DNA of 64,000 bases, taken from a bacterium (GTDB lineage Bacteria; UBA8248). The notes under the pieces are model-generated. The model searched no databases, was not told the origin of the DNA, and saw only the letters and a program-made list of their open reading frames with translations. Positions 35,940 through 49,300 of the stretch are shown here, in pieces; position 1 is the stretch's first letter, and each line of letters opens with the position of its first letter. The DNA is taken from positions 384,001 through 448,000 of the forward strand of contig CBDBZY010000018.1 of assembly GCA_965213685.1 (NCBI GenBank), written 5' to 3'. The position numbers were made by a program, and so were the translations under genes.

Positions 35940-38102
35940 GGCTGGATCTGGGGAGAGGGAGGAGGGGGAGATAGCCACTGAGTGAAGTTTCACATGCACA
36001 TAGTTACTCATGTACAGTGTACATGTATGTGTGTGAGCATATGCATGTCTTGTCCAATTTCAAACACAGTGAAGCTTGTAAGCTACATACACTTGTGCAT
36101 GTGCTGTGGGCATACATCAACACACCTGTGTATCAGTTTATGGGAGAGTGTTTCTAGCTGTGTAAGCCAAGCTAGGCAAATGCAGTCTAGTGTTGTGTGC
36201 AGGTTCTTTTAGTCCATTCCACATGCAGGTGGCAGGTGGTTGCTAAGCTGAGTGGGGAAATCCCATCATGTAGCCCTTCTGTCTAACTCCACCCTTAAAG
36301 TGGTCTCTATATAGAGTGGGGGAAATCCCACAATGTTGCGCTAGCTCTTTTGTTTTGCTCTGCTTTCAATTCTCTGCTAATATGCTTGCATGAGGAAATC
36401 GCTTCATGCTATGGATTTTGTGGCAGCATACAAGGACATTCTGGGACCTTCTAAGTTCTAGCATTACTGGAAGTGTGACTGTGGACATTAGCATGATGGG
36501 GTAGGAGTATGCAGCAAGGAATGGTACAGTAGTGGCTTCAAGTGGTAGAAAACTGTGATGAGAAACCAAGTCAAGTGGTAAAGGCACGCTCAGGGTATTA
36601 TACCTACTCTTAGGGGAGGGGCTTGCTCAGATACACGACGGAGCTGAAGACAAATATATCTCGAGCGTTCAGGGCTCAAGAATCCGAGCGCTGTACGCTC
36701 AGCAGAGCAAAGGCTAGGGCCGCGCTTGCCCATGTCAGGAAGCAAGTGACGCTCGGACGGGCGATGGGGAAAGGGCGCTCGGACATGTGACGAGATAAGG
36801 GCTGACTGTGAGAGCTGGGCTTCAGACAACTCTAGTCCTACCATGCAATCACAAGAGTAAGAAATCTCGCCACTTGTTCCCACAGTGGTACATGTACATT
36901 GTGGCCCTGCGCTCGCTGCCGGCGGCGCATATGGTATTAAGGTAGGCGGGAGGTGTATACTCGAAACTTTTACAGCTTTGACTGTAAGCTTACTGTGGCT
37001 CACACTTTCTGTGTTCTCCTAGCCAGTTGAATGCGCTCTTTGTTTTCCCTTGCGCAGGGCGAGGTTCACTCTGATCTGTCCCACCCTTTGCTCAATAGTA
37101 TCCTAGAAGTATGCGGATATGGACGACAGTGGGTCTTATGCAAAACCGGAAGTTCTATAGGAAATATGAATATTGCTGTTCATAGGAAGTCTATTATCCA
37201 AACTCATACACTCCAGAAACCCACGTCCACCATTGCGATCCGCCATATGGCCTGCACGCGAAAGCATGAAAGCATAATATGGTTACTAGTATACGCTGTC
37301 AGTTCAATGGCTAGTGCTGCATCCACAGGTTGTAAAGTACACGTCATGCCAACAACTGATCGTCTGCGCTAAACTATAAAGTAACAATTTTCCTGTGACT
37401 TCAGCTACACAAACATTATACATTTTTTTCAAATACTCTCCGGTTCCATGTGTTCAGATACGTGACTTCCTACAGTAGCTTTTCACGTGTGACGGCGCGT
37501 CATCCACAAACAAGCCACGCGGAGCCACGCCTCCCCAGAGAAGGCGTGGCTCTGCGAGGCTGCGAAGTAGAAAGCCACAACTGCGACTATTAATATGAGA
37601 CTCAAAGTCATTGTGGGACTAGTATTGGAGGGCCTAATATAGTTCTTGGGATGGGATGACACAACCCACACTTAAAGCCATCATTAAAAAATGTAAGAAT
37701 CCTTTGATACTAAGGCTATATTATATAGTCTGGCGAAGCCATACCCGGGTGTGGCTTCGCCAGAGTAGCTTATATATGCATATACGTACATGAAACTTAT
37801 GGGTCTGATATGTTTTAGTTCGGTAGTTTTGTTGTTTCCAAATGTATACGTTCTTGACTTTTTGTTTTGTAATAATGTACATGTACATTTCGTCTTTGTG
37901 GTCTAGGTGAAATATGGGGTAAGTGAGAGGAGTGTATGGTCTGTAGAGGGTGGTATGTGTTTTCCAGGGGCTGGGAGTATGTGTTCTATCTGTGAGAGTG
38001 GGTATTTACTCTGAGAAAATCATGGGGTGTGCTTGTATGTAAAGCAAATAGACAGGTGTTATTAGACGAGCTTATGCATGTGTGTGTGTGTGTATGTGCG
38101 TG

Positions 38103-38193
<91 letters not shown>

Positions 38194-38205
38194 GTGTGCG
38201 TGTGT

Positions 38206-38236
<31 letters not shown>

Positions 38237-39718
38237 GTAGTAAAACACACGTAATATTATATATGTAGCTATTGATTAGGGGTTAATATATCATACTGAA
38301 ATGTATTCAAATGATCCATAATCAACAGCAGTAAATTCACAAAATCATTGACAACCACAACAATAACCTATAAGCACGTATTTGACATGTCACTTGCCTT
38401 TTCAACACTGTTTCTTGTACTTTGCACATACACTTATGCATGTGATTATGTGTATGCACTTCCATTAAATTGTCTGGGGCTAAAGCTGGGCTGGAGAATG
38501 CTAGCTAGGGAAGGGAGAGAGGGTGATAACAGTCCCTTCCCCTTTTCCGGGGGCCCATCTGTACTTGAATTGAAACCCTGGTAGTCTGCATGAGCATGAG
38601 GTGCATGCAGCTGTGGCAATGCATCCCTTTTTTCACCCCTTACTGGTGTGCAGCAAAGGTACACTGTACACATACTTCATCTCACAGAATATTCTGTGGG
38701 GGCTTGATCAAAGTTAAGTGCAAATGAGTACATATTTCCCTCTCACTGGACATACACCCCCTATTTCTTAAGTGCACTATTACATCATAATAACTATAAT
38801 TATATAGACAGGAGTTTGTACGGAACTTTCCAGGCAGATTATGAGAATAATGTTCGCGAAACTACCACCCGGAAGTAGTATAGTATATAGTGTGAAGACG
38901 CGGCGCGCCGCCCTGGCCCCGCTTACGTATCTATAAGCCAAGTAGACCTACATGTAGATGTACGTGTAGATGCTGGGCTCGTGTTCGTCTAGGGACACAG
39001 TTGGCCTAAGAGTGAGGATCGCAGCTGAACGGATAAAGGCTACAAGACTGTCGACAGACTGAGTGAGTTTTTCCGTGTTCGTGCACAGCCTGTTGATACT
39101 ACGTAGTAGCCTGTTGATACATAGTCAGGTGTCTGCTTACACGAGCACTGGAAAGGGGCAGGCCTGCTGAGCTGTGATTGTGTGAGGTGTATGTAGTTAG
39201 GTGCGTTGTGTTGTTGCCCACTGCCTCAGCGTCCATTGGCCCTCCTGCACATTTACTTGTATAGTGCAATGCCGCAGTCAGACACATACACACACATGAA
39301 TGCATAAGCATGTGAAGTGAATAGTTCATGTGCAGTGTATGTGCACTGTTCATGTGCAGTGCAGTGCTCTCCTTTCCTTATGGTGGCCCAAACGGGCCAT
39401 CCACTACCGTCTTCGGCAAGCTTCCATTTCCATCAAACTTCCACTTCCATAGAAATTCCACTTCCATAGAACTTCTACTTCCGTGGAGCTTCCACTTCCA
39501 TGATCTTGCCTTCCATTGCTTCGTTCGTCATGCGCTCACCACAATGTGCAGTGCGCATGCGCAGTTCAAATCGAATGGCTCTGTCACTGCACCCGCTGCG
39601 CAGATCGTCCTTGTTGGAGACGTCCATCGCATACAAATACGCCTCACCTTAGTGGATCTTCCGGGCCACTTGTGTATCTTTCTTCTTTGACTACAGCCTT
39701 AGCAACCGGAAGCGTAGC

Positions 39719-42700
39719 ATGGCGAGCAGATTCTCGAGTGCCCGGGAAACTGGAGTGAGCGATACTCGCAGGACTACACGTGCCGAAGGTTAGTATATAC
39801 CTTAGGGATTGTTCTATGATAAGCACAACTGCCTTTTGTCACTCGTGTTCCAGCAATGCGCCGTTATATGGCCGTAGCGGCAGCCAGCCGGAAGACTGCT
39901 GTGCCCAAAAGAAAGTCAAGTGATGTTAGTCAGATTTTGGAAGGCCAAGTGCAGGTGAGTAGTGGTCTTCTTCTGTATATATTGCATGCATAAGCCACGT
40001 TGTCACTACAACTGTCAACTACAACGCCTTACATATAACAACCGCGTTAAAGTTCAAAGAGAAAATTATTCTAGTGTGTGTCAGGCACACTTATAGGCAT
40101 GTGAGTAGCCATTGCACTTATGACCATAAAGATTTGAGTAGCCATATAAATGTGTGAAGTAAGGTGGTGATAGCAGATAAAAGCCAGAGCCAGTAGGTGA
40201 GGATAGTAAATACCATTAGGTCATACATAATTGGGTGCACAGTGAAGTATTTTTACACTTATACAATTATTTGAGTAAGAACTGCCTGTACCCCAATAGA
40301 TTTCTGTCAGTCGCATGATGTACAGTGCCTGTCATCAGCGAGGGAAGTTAGATCGATCCTGGAAATTGCAGAAGTTGTCCTTCCACAAGAATTTGTCCTA
40401 TCAAGCAGTGAAGAAGATTTGCCAAGAGGCGACATGGCCAGATGAAGAAGAAGGTACAACTTATTACTTGGCAGATGGATCTGGTGTCTCCATTGAGCAG
40501 GACAACTTTGAGCTTGTATCTGAGGATGGAAAGAAGAACACCATAGCTTGGACATTAGCCAACTACCTCGAAATATCCCACATCAAGTATCCATCTCGAA
40601 CACGGCTCTACTGTGTCAAGGTCTCTAAAGGTAAACAAATCAAAGCCTCAATGATATTTTGACCAAACTGTTAACATCTTCATGCTGCAGAGGATGCAGA
40701 GAATATACAGGATGATGCTTCTGAAAGTAAGTCAACATTTCAAACAAAACATATGCTTTTAACCTCATGCGAGCGATGTATTCACTCCTTACATATTATC
40801 ATTAGATGTTTTGTTGTTTGTCATGTCATTACCTTCTTAGAAGACTCTAGTAAAGTTGATGCATCAGAACCAGAACAACAAGAATTGCAACCTCAGCCAC
40901 AAGACAATGAGCCTTCTCCTTTTGGTATGATGCAACGTGACATCACTCTCTCCTCAATTCTGGTGTGAATACCACTTGCTGCATTGTTAATGTTTTGAAT
41001 GCAGATTCACCTGAGGGATTCTTTCAAGTGTACTTTGTAGAGAAAACTGCGAGCAGATACAGCAATCGCTTTGCCTTTCGCCATGGCTTGACACAGGAGG
41101 AAATCCTGTGCTGGCGTTTGCTGGATGATCCAGACACCATGATGAAGTACAGGGATATTGTGGCTTCTAGTCCAGGGGGCCAGTACCGTGTTTTGGATCA
41201 AAACCCTATTCACCTTGGATTCTTTTTGAGCACAATTGAGCAAGGAGGTAAAATTATCAATATGTACATGACAGGAGCATATTGTAAGTATACTACTTGT
41301 ATATCACGTGTAGTATACACATGTGTATTCGTATGTGAGTTTGTACATTTGTAGTATACTATTATGTCAGTTATGATTGTCCACCTCATTAATCACTGAT
41401 TCAGGAAAAGAAGTATGTGACCTAATTGATACTGTATCATGTGAGAGTGGGGAAGTTGCATACAAGTCACCATGCGAAGGTCAGTATCAGTACATTAATA
41501 TGTATTATGGGTATGTACCTTTGATGTATTCCTTCATAGGTACAAAACTTGAGATATGGTGTGGTTGTTATGCATCACAAGCAGACAGAAGGGCATGCAT
41601 GGCTTGTGTGGCATTGGGGGGAAATCACTCTCGATCTGCATACCACTGGAAACGAAATGGGGAACCAGTTTTTGAAGAATCTCCACTGCTTTATGCTGAC
41701 TCTGAGGGCACCTACGAGTGCCAAGTGACCAGTGCTGGTGAAGAGTGCTCAGGCGTGTTCAGGATTGATGGTTTGTTGTAATGCATTTACTTCATTCTAT
41801 TATCTGACTGAAACAAGATTTATATACAGGTACCAGGAGTGGAATAAGAGTTGAACTTGTAAAGGATGACCCCATGGATGTTGAAGGTAGTAATGCTATA
41901 GCGTTTTGCAATTTACTATAATAATAAGCAAGCATTTTTTGCAGTCACACAAGAGAGAAATGTGTCAGTGCATATGCAGAGTTTAAGGACAGAACCTGAA
42001 GGGACAAGTGGGACACAAGTGTCCAAAATCACTGAAGTTGACTCTCAGCTTGGTCAGTTGTAAGAAGTGACCTTAAACATAAGCATGTGGTTGAACTCTG
42101 CACATTTGACCTGAAGTTGCAGATTCAGCATGTCAAGACACCCTAGTGAGTGCAAATCTGTCTGAGCTTAAACGCTCACTACAAACAGGTGAAGGTAAGC
42201 ATCCAAATACAATGAAATTGCGTGTCTTGTAATGAGCAATTCTTGCTGAAGGTTGCCAAGCTCTTAAACTCCTGGATGTTCTTGGCAGTGGTAGTTTTGG
42301 AAGAGTGTATCGAGGAGTGTGGCGTGGAACTATGGTGGCAGCAAAAGTGATTCCTATGCCCAAGACTGACAGGAGAGTGTGGGAGAATGAGATTGCTGTC
42401 TACAGGTTAAATGACATTACTAGTATATCATTTGCACAATTATGTATCCATAATGCTTTCTGATGCAGGACACTCAACCATCCCAATATTCTTGCACTCC
42501 TTGGTGTTGTATCGGATACAACGTCAATAACACTCATTACAAACCTGGTGAATGGAAAAGACTTACATTCTCTCATTTTCAACAATGACAAGGATGTACG
42601 TGATGCCAGTTAGTTACACAATAATCTTTTCACCTTTTCCAAACTTTTGGTACAGATTTCATTCTCTACAAAGATCTGGATCATAGTTCAGGTTTGCCAG

Positions 42701-43277
42701 GCCCTTGTGTTTATGCATACAGCAACACCTCCTGTTATCCATCTTGACTTGAAGCCAGCTAATATACTGGTGAGTTAGTAAGGTTCAGCAGTGATACAAA
42801 GTAATAGAAAAGAAGTACTTTTATGAAATAGTGCAAAGTGCATGAGTATGATTATGAAGATAGATGTTTATGTATTTCATATAGGTGGAGAACAAGACAA
42901 TGCACATTTTTTTGGCGGACTTTGGTCTTTCAAGGATCTTAAGTGACTGTGACCTGGTTGGCTCAACAACCATGAGAGCAGGAACACCAGGATTCCAGGC
43001 TCCAGAACAGCTCCAAGGAAAAGGAATATCTCCCAAGTCTGATGTATATGCACTAGGTGGTGTCATAACCGAAGTGTTTGGAGAAAAAGTACTCTGGCCG
43101 AAGATGCCAGCCCACAGGATAATGTTTCGTGTTGCTGTTGAAGGTGTGTTTCCTTCTACCAAGCATCTACCACAAGTGATACAAGAGGTGACAAGCCTGT
43201 GCTTCATTGGGAGTGAGGCTAGAGCCGATGCTGCCACAGTTCTTGCAAAAGTACTGGACATGTGTTGTGACAAGTAA
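39719..43277 (+). CDS. Spliced (~15 exons) protein: N-terminal domain, Ig-like domain, TKL/RIPK-like non-RD protein kinase
   Basis: Ig: C..YHWKRNGEPV..DSEGTYECQV. Kinase: LGSGSFGRVYRGVWRGTMVAAK, ENEI, HPNILALLG, IHLDLKPANIL, LADFGLSR, GTPGFQAPE, SDVYALG. GT-AG introns; no stops seen in the joined exons. Confidence 0.85.
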
Positions 43278-43392
43278 TCATTGATGTCATATAACTCAAC
43301 TGCTTAGCCCAACATGCATGACATATACCTGCAGTTCTTTGCACACCATAATATCACTTATTGCATATTACATATCAGACAAAGAGAGACAT

Positions 43393-46300
43393 TCACTGAA
43401 ATTCATTAATGAGGTTGAGATAGAGAGTAAATGATTCTTCACAGTTATTTGGCATGTACCAATCGTTTTCGTCCATTAAAAATTAATATCAACTAGCTCC
43501 AAAAACTCAATGCAAGCAGGTGCTGGTTTTACAGTTGAATACTGCTGGCAATACTGCAGATCTTGGGCGTCACAAGCACACTGGCATTCTTCATAACCTG
43601 TAATAATATATTGGTCACCAATGTTAAGGGTAAAAATTTGAGGATTACCCTGCAAAGAAGGAATGTTGTACAGCTCTTCAGGTATACCACTAATGCCACC
43701 TCTCCTACACCGTATGAGATGGGTATTCCACATTTGAGCAATGTCATCCAATTCTGCTTGGAGAATGCCCATAAAGGCAAACCGAATGCAGTCACTGCAC
43801 ACAAAGAGTATAGTATCAGTGTTACCCCTACACCTATAAAAAGTGTTAACATACACATACACATGTATTGGACTGGTTTCATCGAAGTGTCCATTGTCTT
43901 TCAACATCTACATTGAAGAATACATAGTGAATATATGAAACAATTACAATAATGCTTCTATAAACAACGTACTTTGAAAAATTCCAACCACCAGTCAGTA
44001 CACCACTCTCGCAATGTACACCAAAACCTCTCAATTCTCTATAATCATATATATATAATAATTATATAAACACTACAAGTAAGATTTTTTTGTTGCCATA
44101 TTGTCACTAGTTATGTTACATGGTGGAGTTGATCATGTTTTCTACACTAATGTATACCTAGCATGCGAAATATGACCCACTGCATCCCAACAATAGTCTT
44201 ATTCTAAACTTTTGTTAGTGTGAAGCCCATACTTTTTCTGATGTATACACTCCAGTCACATTCAATGTGATTTTGAGTCTAACTGAGTAACTGTCTTGTT
44301 TGACAGATCTGACTCCTTCAAGCAGTCGCAACCCATGCTTCCTATATATGTAATGTACTAGTGCTGACCTGGTTACTGACAGACTTTCCATACTGGAAGC
44401 TCTTTCTTCCTGCCATTGAATCTTGTCCATTTCTTCTCAGAAATGGTTGTAAAAATGCCACTCTAACATTTTCTGTACCTCTGTCAGTACGAATAAGTCT
44501 TGGAAGCCCTAGAGCAATGTGAAATATAAGTAATGTGCACCCCAAAGATATACAAGTACCATATCTCTCAACAGCTTTCAAGTAGTAGCCTGCAATAACA
44601 GCAGGATCTTTGTTTGTGGTGGCAATTTCTAGCCACAAGACTTTTCTGGAGAACCTGTAAGAGATTATGGTGCACTGTAAAAACGGAAAGGTTACTTTCA
44701 CCAAGTGTGACTAAAGTACCAGTTCCGTTAGTGTATGAAACAAACTTGGCAAGATATATTTTACCACCAGCGGTGATTTTAACTTTTCCAGTTGTTTTAA
44801 ACTTCATTGAAAAATGTACCTTCCTAACATGTAAAGTAACCATAATCACAGTGCTTATGACATACTAATTACTCTGGTAATATTCACCAAAACCCCTGTT
44901 GCTTTGACCTCCAAGACAGATAAAAACAAACTGTGCATTACTACATTTACTACATTGCACAGCCTACTGATGAGTCCCGGCGCAGTACAAGTAAGGGACG
45001 AAAAGGTCGTCAAAGTGACCTTCTAGGCTTTTGAAATATTATTATATTGTGCAAAAGTTGACATTACAAACACACATTTTCAACATACGCATACACTTAG
45101 AAAGCATGAAAGTACTCTTTCAAATAAACATACAGAATGTCGGATTTTCTGTGAGCATGGAGTATCGTATGAACTTTCAACTCAGAAAAACACACGTATG
45201 ACTGATCAGCTGTGTGTGCAATCACAAAAGCATGATAGTGGTCATCGTAGTACTCCACAGAACAGTGTAACACGTGCAGTACGATGATATCCACCAACAC
45301 AAGTATATCAACTATTCTGGCAAAGGCTGGATGAAGTCCATCACATCCTGTTATTATGTAGGCATTCCTTTTGATGGTATTCCCCAAGTATTTCACCCAG
45401 TTTGGGCGAGTTGTTGGTGTTTCACTACTAATACTAGGGAGAAGAGATGTAAGAGAATTTTGCACATGGGGAGGCATATTTCTAATCAAGATGGGTTGAT
45501 CACATGGTCCACATTGTAAAGGTGAATCCAACAGATTTCCAGTTGAGAGCTCATAGCATAAGAGCCGCTGATGACAATTAGCAATGCTATATGCTATGTT
45601 TTTAAAATTGCCCAGTCGAGAAGCTTGCTTAAAAATATTCAACTTTGCTTCATTGCGCATATTCCATGTGCCAATCATTGGACCAACATTAAGGATTTGT
45701 GTTGGGTAATGAAATAAAAAATGAAACTTTGGGGTGACTGCTTCAGCAGTGTACATTTCAATGAAGGATCGATGGTGTTCCTCAATTGTAACTTTTAGAA
45801 TAGCACAAAGGTCAGGAGATGACCATGAACACAAAGCTAGATCTACAATCTTTGAGAGCAATAAAAATCATTTCCACTTCTGATCATCAAGAGGAACAAC
45901 GTCACCTATGAGGAGTGGAAGAATTCTAACAAGGAGTAATGACTGTGATGCGGACAGTTTGAGAGATTTTGCGTTTTGTAATGTTAAACGTGACCCAATT
46001 GGTTGTGGCTTGCTTATTTCAGTGTATTCATAATCAAAGTGTATCAGGCGGTGATTGTATTCATCAAGATTGAGGTATTGCTTTGATATTAAACAGTGCT
46101 GCAGTAGTAAACACATCTCTATTGCAGCAACTCCCTCAAGTAAATCATGCATGACATCATGCGCCAGTCCACCATTAAAGAGTGAAAAGTGGGATACTTC
46201 TAATAGAGAACTGCGTCTGTTTATTCCATATGTTTTGGAGAAATGATCATGCAAAGGACCATTGAGTGAATCGCACTCTTGGCAATGCTTTTCATCAGAG

Positions 46301-49300
46301 CGGAGTTCTAATTGAGAGGAGTCAGAGAGTGTTTTAAATACATCCTGAGTCACATAGCATGTTCTGCAAAAACGGAGAGAAAAAGAAAAAGACTCCTTGA
46401 ATCCCCCAATCGTATTGCTACCTAAATTATCACCCAAACACAGGAGGAGTCCGCCATAAAATGTTCTCTCGACACCAGGTTGTGTTACAACTCTAACACC
46501 TTCTGCTGCTAAGATATTCAGATCCTTAACAAAAGGTTTCAAAATCTCATCGATCCCATAGTTTTCCACCAATGGGACAGTAGCTGCTATTGCGAGATGT
46601 ATTGCTCGCAGGGAAGAGCGGTACTTAGGGTGGATATTTCCCAATGTAAAGAGAACAATTGCAAGTTTATGCTTCTTGACATGGGTCCCCAGTGGATTAC
46701 ATAACTCAGGCTCATCAAAGAAAGCTATAATTTGCAAGGCACAGGGATCACTTGCAAAGATAGGGTGAGTTTTGAATCTAATACCATCACAATAATCCTC
46801 TATGATCCCATCACTGTGAACTCGGGATGAACACTGTTCTACCTCATCCAGGACGGCAGCATCAGACAAAAGTGACTTGAGGGAAGAAAGGAGAGGAATG
46901 TATTGGTATTGGTCTTGCCTTGCAATTAGTCGCCTCTTTACTCCAGTAAAGACTGGTTCATAGTATGGGTCGCCAATGTTAACTTGCTGAGGTTCCTATG
47001 AGTAATGTGTGTGTGCATGCATGCATGCAAGCAAATGGGGATAAATGAAACAAGATTCATTTCCTGTAGGAAGCTGTCTGTCACATGGCTTCTATGTGTA
47101 CCATTTGTGATAGTATACTGCAAGAAATACCAAGTATGTTACTTCAAAATTGTTTTGTGCCTGACTTGCTAAACTTACCACTAGTCCAAGCTCTTCACAA
47201 AAGTATTTCTCCTGGAGGTAGCGAGCTTCCAGTCCTTCAAAAGGGCTTGGAGTGTCTTGAAAAACTTCGTCCAGACCATGAATTCCACCAACATCTATTC
47301 CAGCAACAGCAAGTGTATCCCGAACTCTGGCACCCATTTGCTGCTTCACTTGAGAGAATAAGCCATCCCAACCCTGCACAATATCATCAATTGCATTCTG
47401 TGAGAGCCTTCTATGCTCTTTCAGTTTCAGGAGAAACAAGGCTGATGATCGTTTTTGAGTAGCTTTGTCTGTGCCAAGAAGGTGACTTAGGTCAGCATGA
47501 AATCCTTCTGCAAAGAAGGTGCATACAGATACTTAGTTCAAAGATGAAGACCGGATGAAAGCATGAACAGGTAGTCATAATAGAGCAACTTGCAATCAAT
47601 ACCTGGCAAATCCTGAGATGCCGCAGCCGGATGTGCACCAGAAACCAAGGCAGATTCGACCTCCTGAGGAATGCTCAACTGATGTTCTCGCTTCTGGATT
47701 ATTCCGTCCTCGGGGTGGCGGCGGTAGATGTGAGAATAGAGTGCAGAAAAAGATCTACCCGTGTACGCACATCCACCAATGCCGCACTGAACACTGAATC
47801 TAGGGTCACTACTATGTAGTAGACGAAGATGGCTAAGATTTCGCGCCATCGTGGGTGACTCGAAGTGACACATGGGGCACTTGTAGCTACCAGCTGTGCC
47901 GCCTGACATTTCCAGCATGATTCGAGTAGATCTCCAATCCTACCAAACGGGCAATTAGCGAAGCTACGCCCATTGCACACGCATGCGCGGTAGGCGTACG
48001 ATGACGCTGCATATATTGGCGGGATTGCGAGGGTTTGCCAAGTGCAGCAGACGGCCCGACGTTACAGGGAAGCTAAGGATACGTGTACTTGGTGTCTACA
48101 GGGTGCAGCGCGAGTGGGCCACTTGAAAGCCGTCCTATTTGGCCCGAGTAAAATCGACCGCGGACGTGACGGAGTTATGGCATGTGAGACGTCCAACGAC
48201 AAGTCGGACTTGACCAGCAAAACAGTAACGGAGCTCAGCGCGTGGCTTGAAGAGAAGGGGATACCACAGGAGTTTTGCAGAGTATTTGAAGGTAAAGGGA
48301 AACGCTTTGTCTTGACATTCTTACCACATCTGGGTTAAAGGCCCCCCCCTGTACGTTTAGTACACCCAAGGCGCATGTCTATTTGTACCATACGCATGGG
48401 TTATATTATCTGCGTAAGTGTATTTTCACCTGTTTACGTGTGGTTACGTGCCGCGCGGATTAGGCGGTGGGCTAGAGGTGTTAATTTGCCCTTGTGGTGT
48501 TTGTAAAAGCTGACCCCTGTGGTTGCCAGGCTACTAATGCTCGTTTCTACCTGCTAGACAATTACATTGATGGAACTGAGTTTGTGGCCTTATCTGAAGC
48601 AGAGATCAAAGAAATGGTTCCACCTATTGGTTTAGCCAAGAAGATTATGAAGCTTGTTCCCAAGGTAGGCACTTTGTACCTTGTGGTGATTTATGTGAAT
48701 TCTATTGACTCTTGGTTGTCCTGTGTTTTTTGAACTTATTTCAGGAGCCAGTACTGCTGTCAGCAGGCAGCAGTGGACACCTAGCTTCCAGCTCTGTCAC
48801 ATCGCCCCTTAACTCACCTCCAGCTTCACCATCCTTTTCACCGACTTCTTGTGGTCCTGGATCTCTGTCCAGTGTTTCCACTACACCTTCTAGGTCAGAC
48901 AAAGTTTGTATCCCTGACTTCTGGAGAGAGGACACCCAACGCTGCATAGATGAGGGAGTACTTGATGATGCCAGTCGCAGTGACATTGTGCGCACACTAG
49001 TGACACTTCTTGTTTCCAAGTATGGTCCAAAGCCAGGTAGAATGCGACTGGAGGAGCTGGGAAGAGCACTGATATTGAAGTATCCCTTTATGAAGGACGA
49101 TCTTGGAAATGGATATGTAAGTAGGTGTATACTCAATTACTACTGAACGTTTGATAGCTATGGATGAGTTATAACTCATTGCTTATCACCTTCAGATGTG
49201 TTTTGGTTGTGGAACTCCTTTTCCTTTTCTTGAGTACATTGACCAGCTGCATGTAACTCAGTGGGAAAAAGTACATGTATTACTCACATATGTATACTTC

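Noticed and set aside
45868-45870. Selenocysteine or readthrough at the TGA
   Set aside because: No SECIS recognised and no precedent in transposases; a nonsense mutation is simpler.
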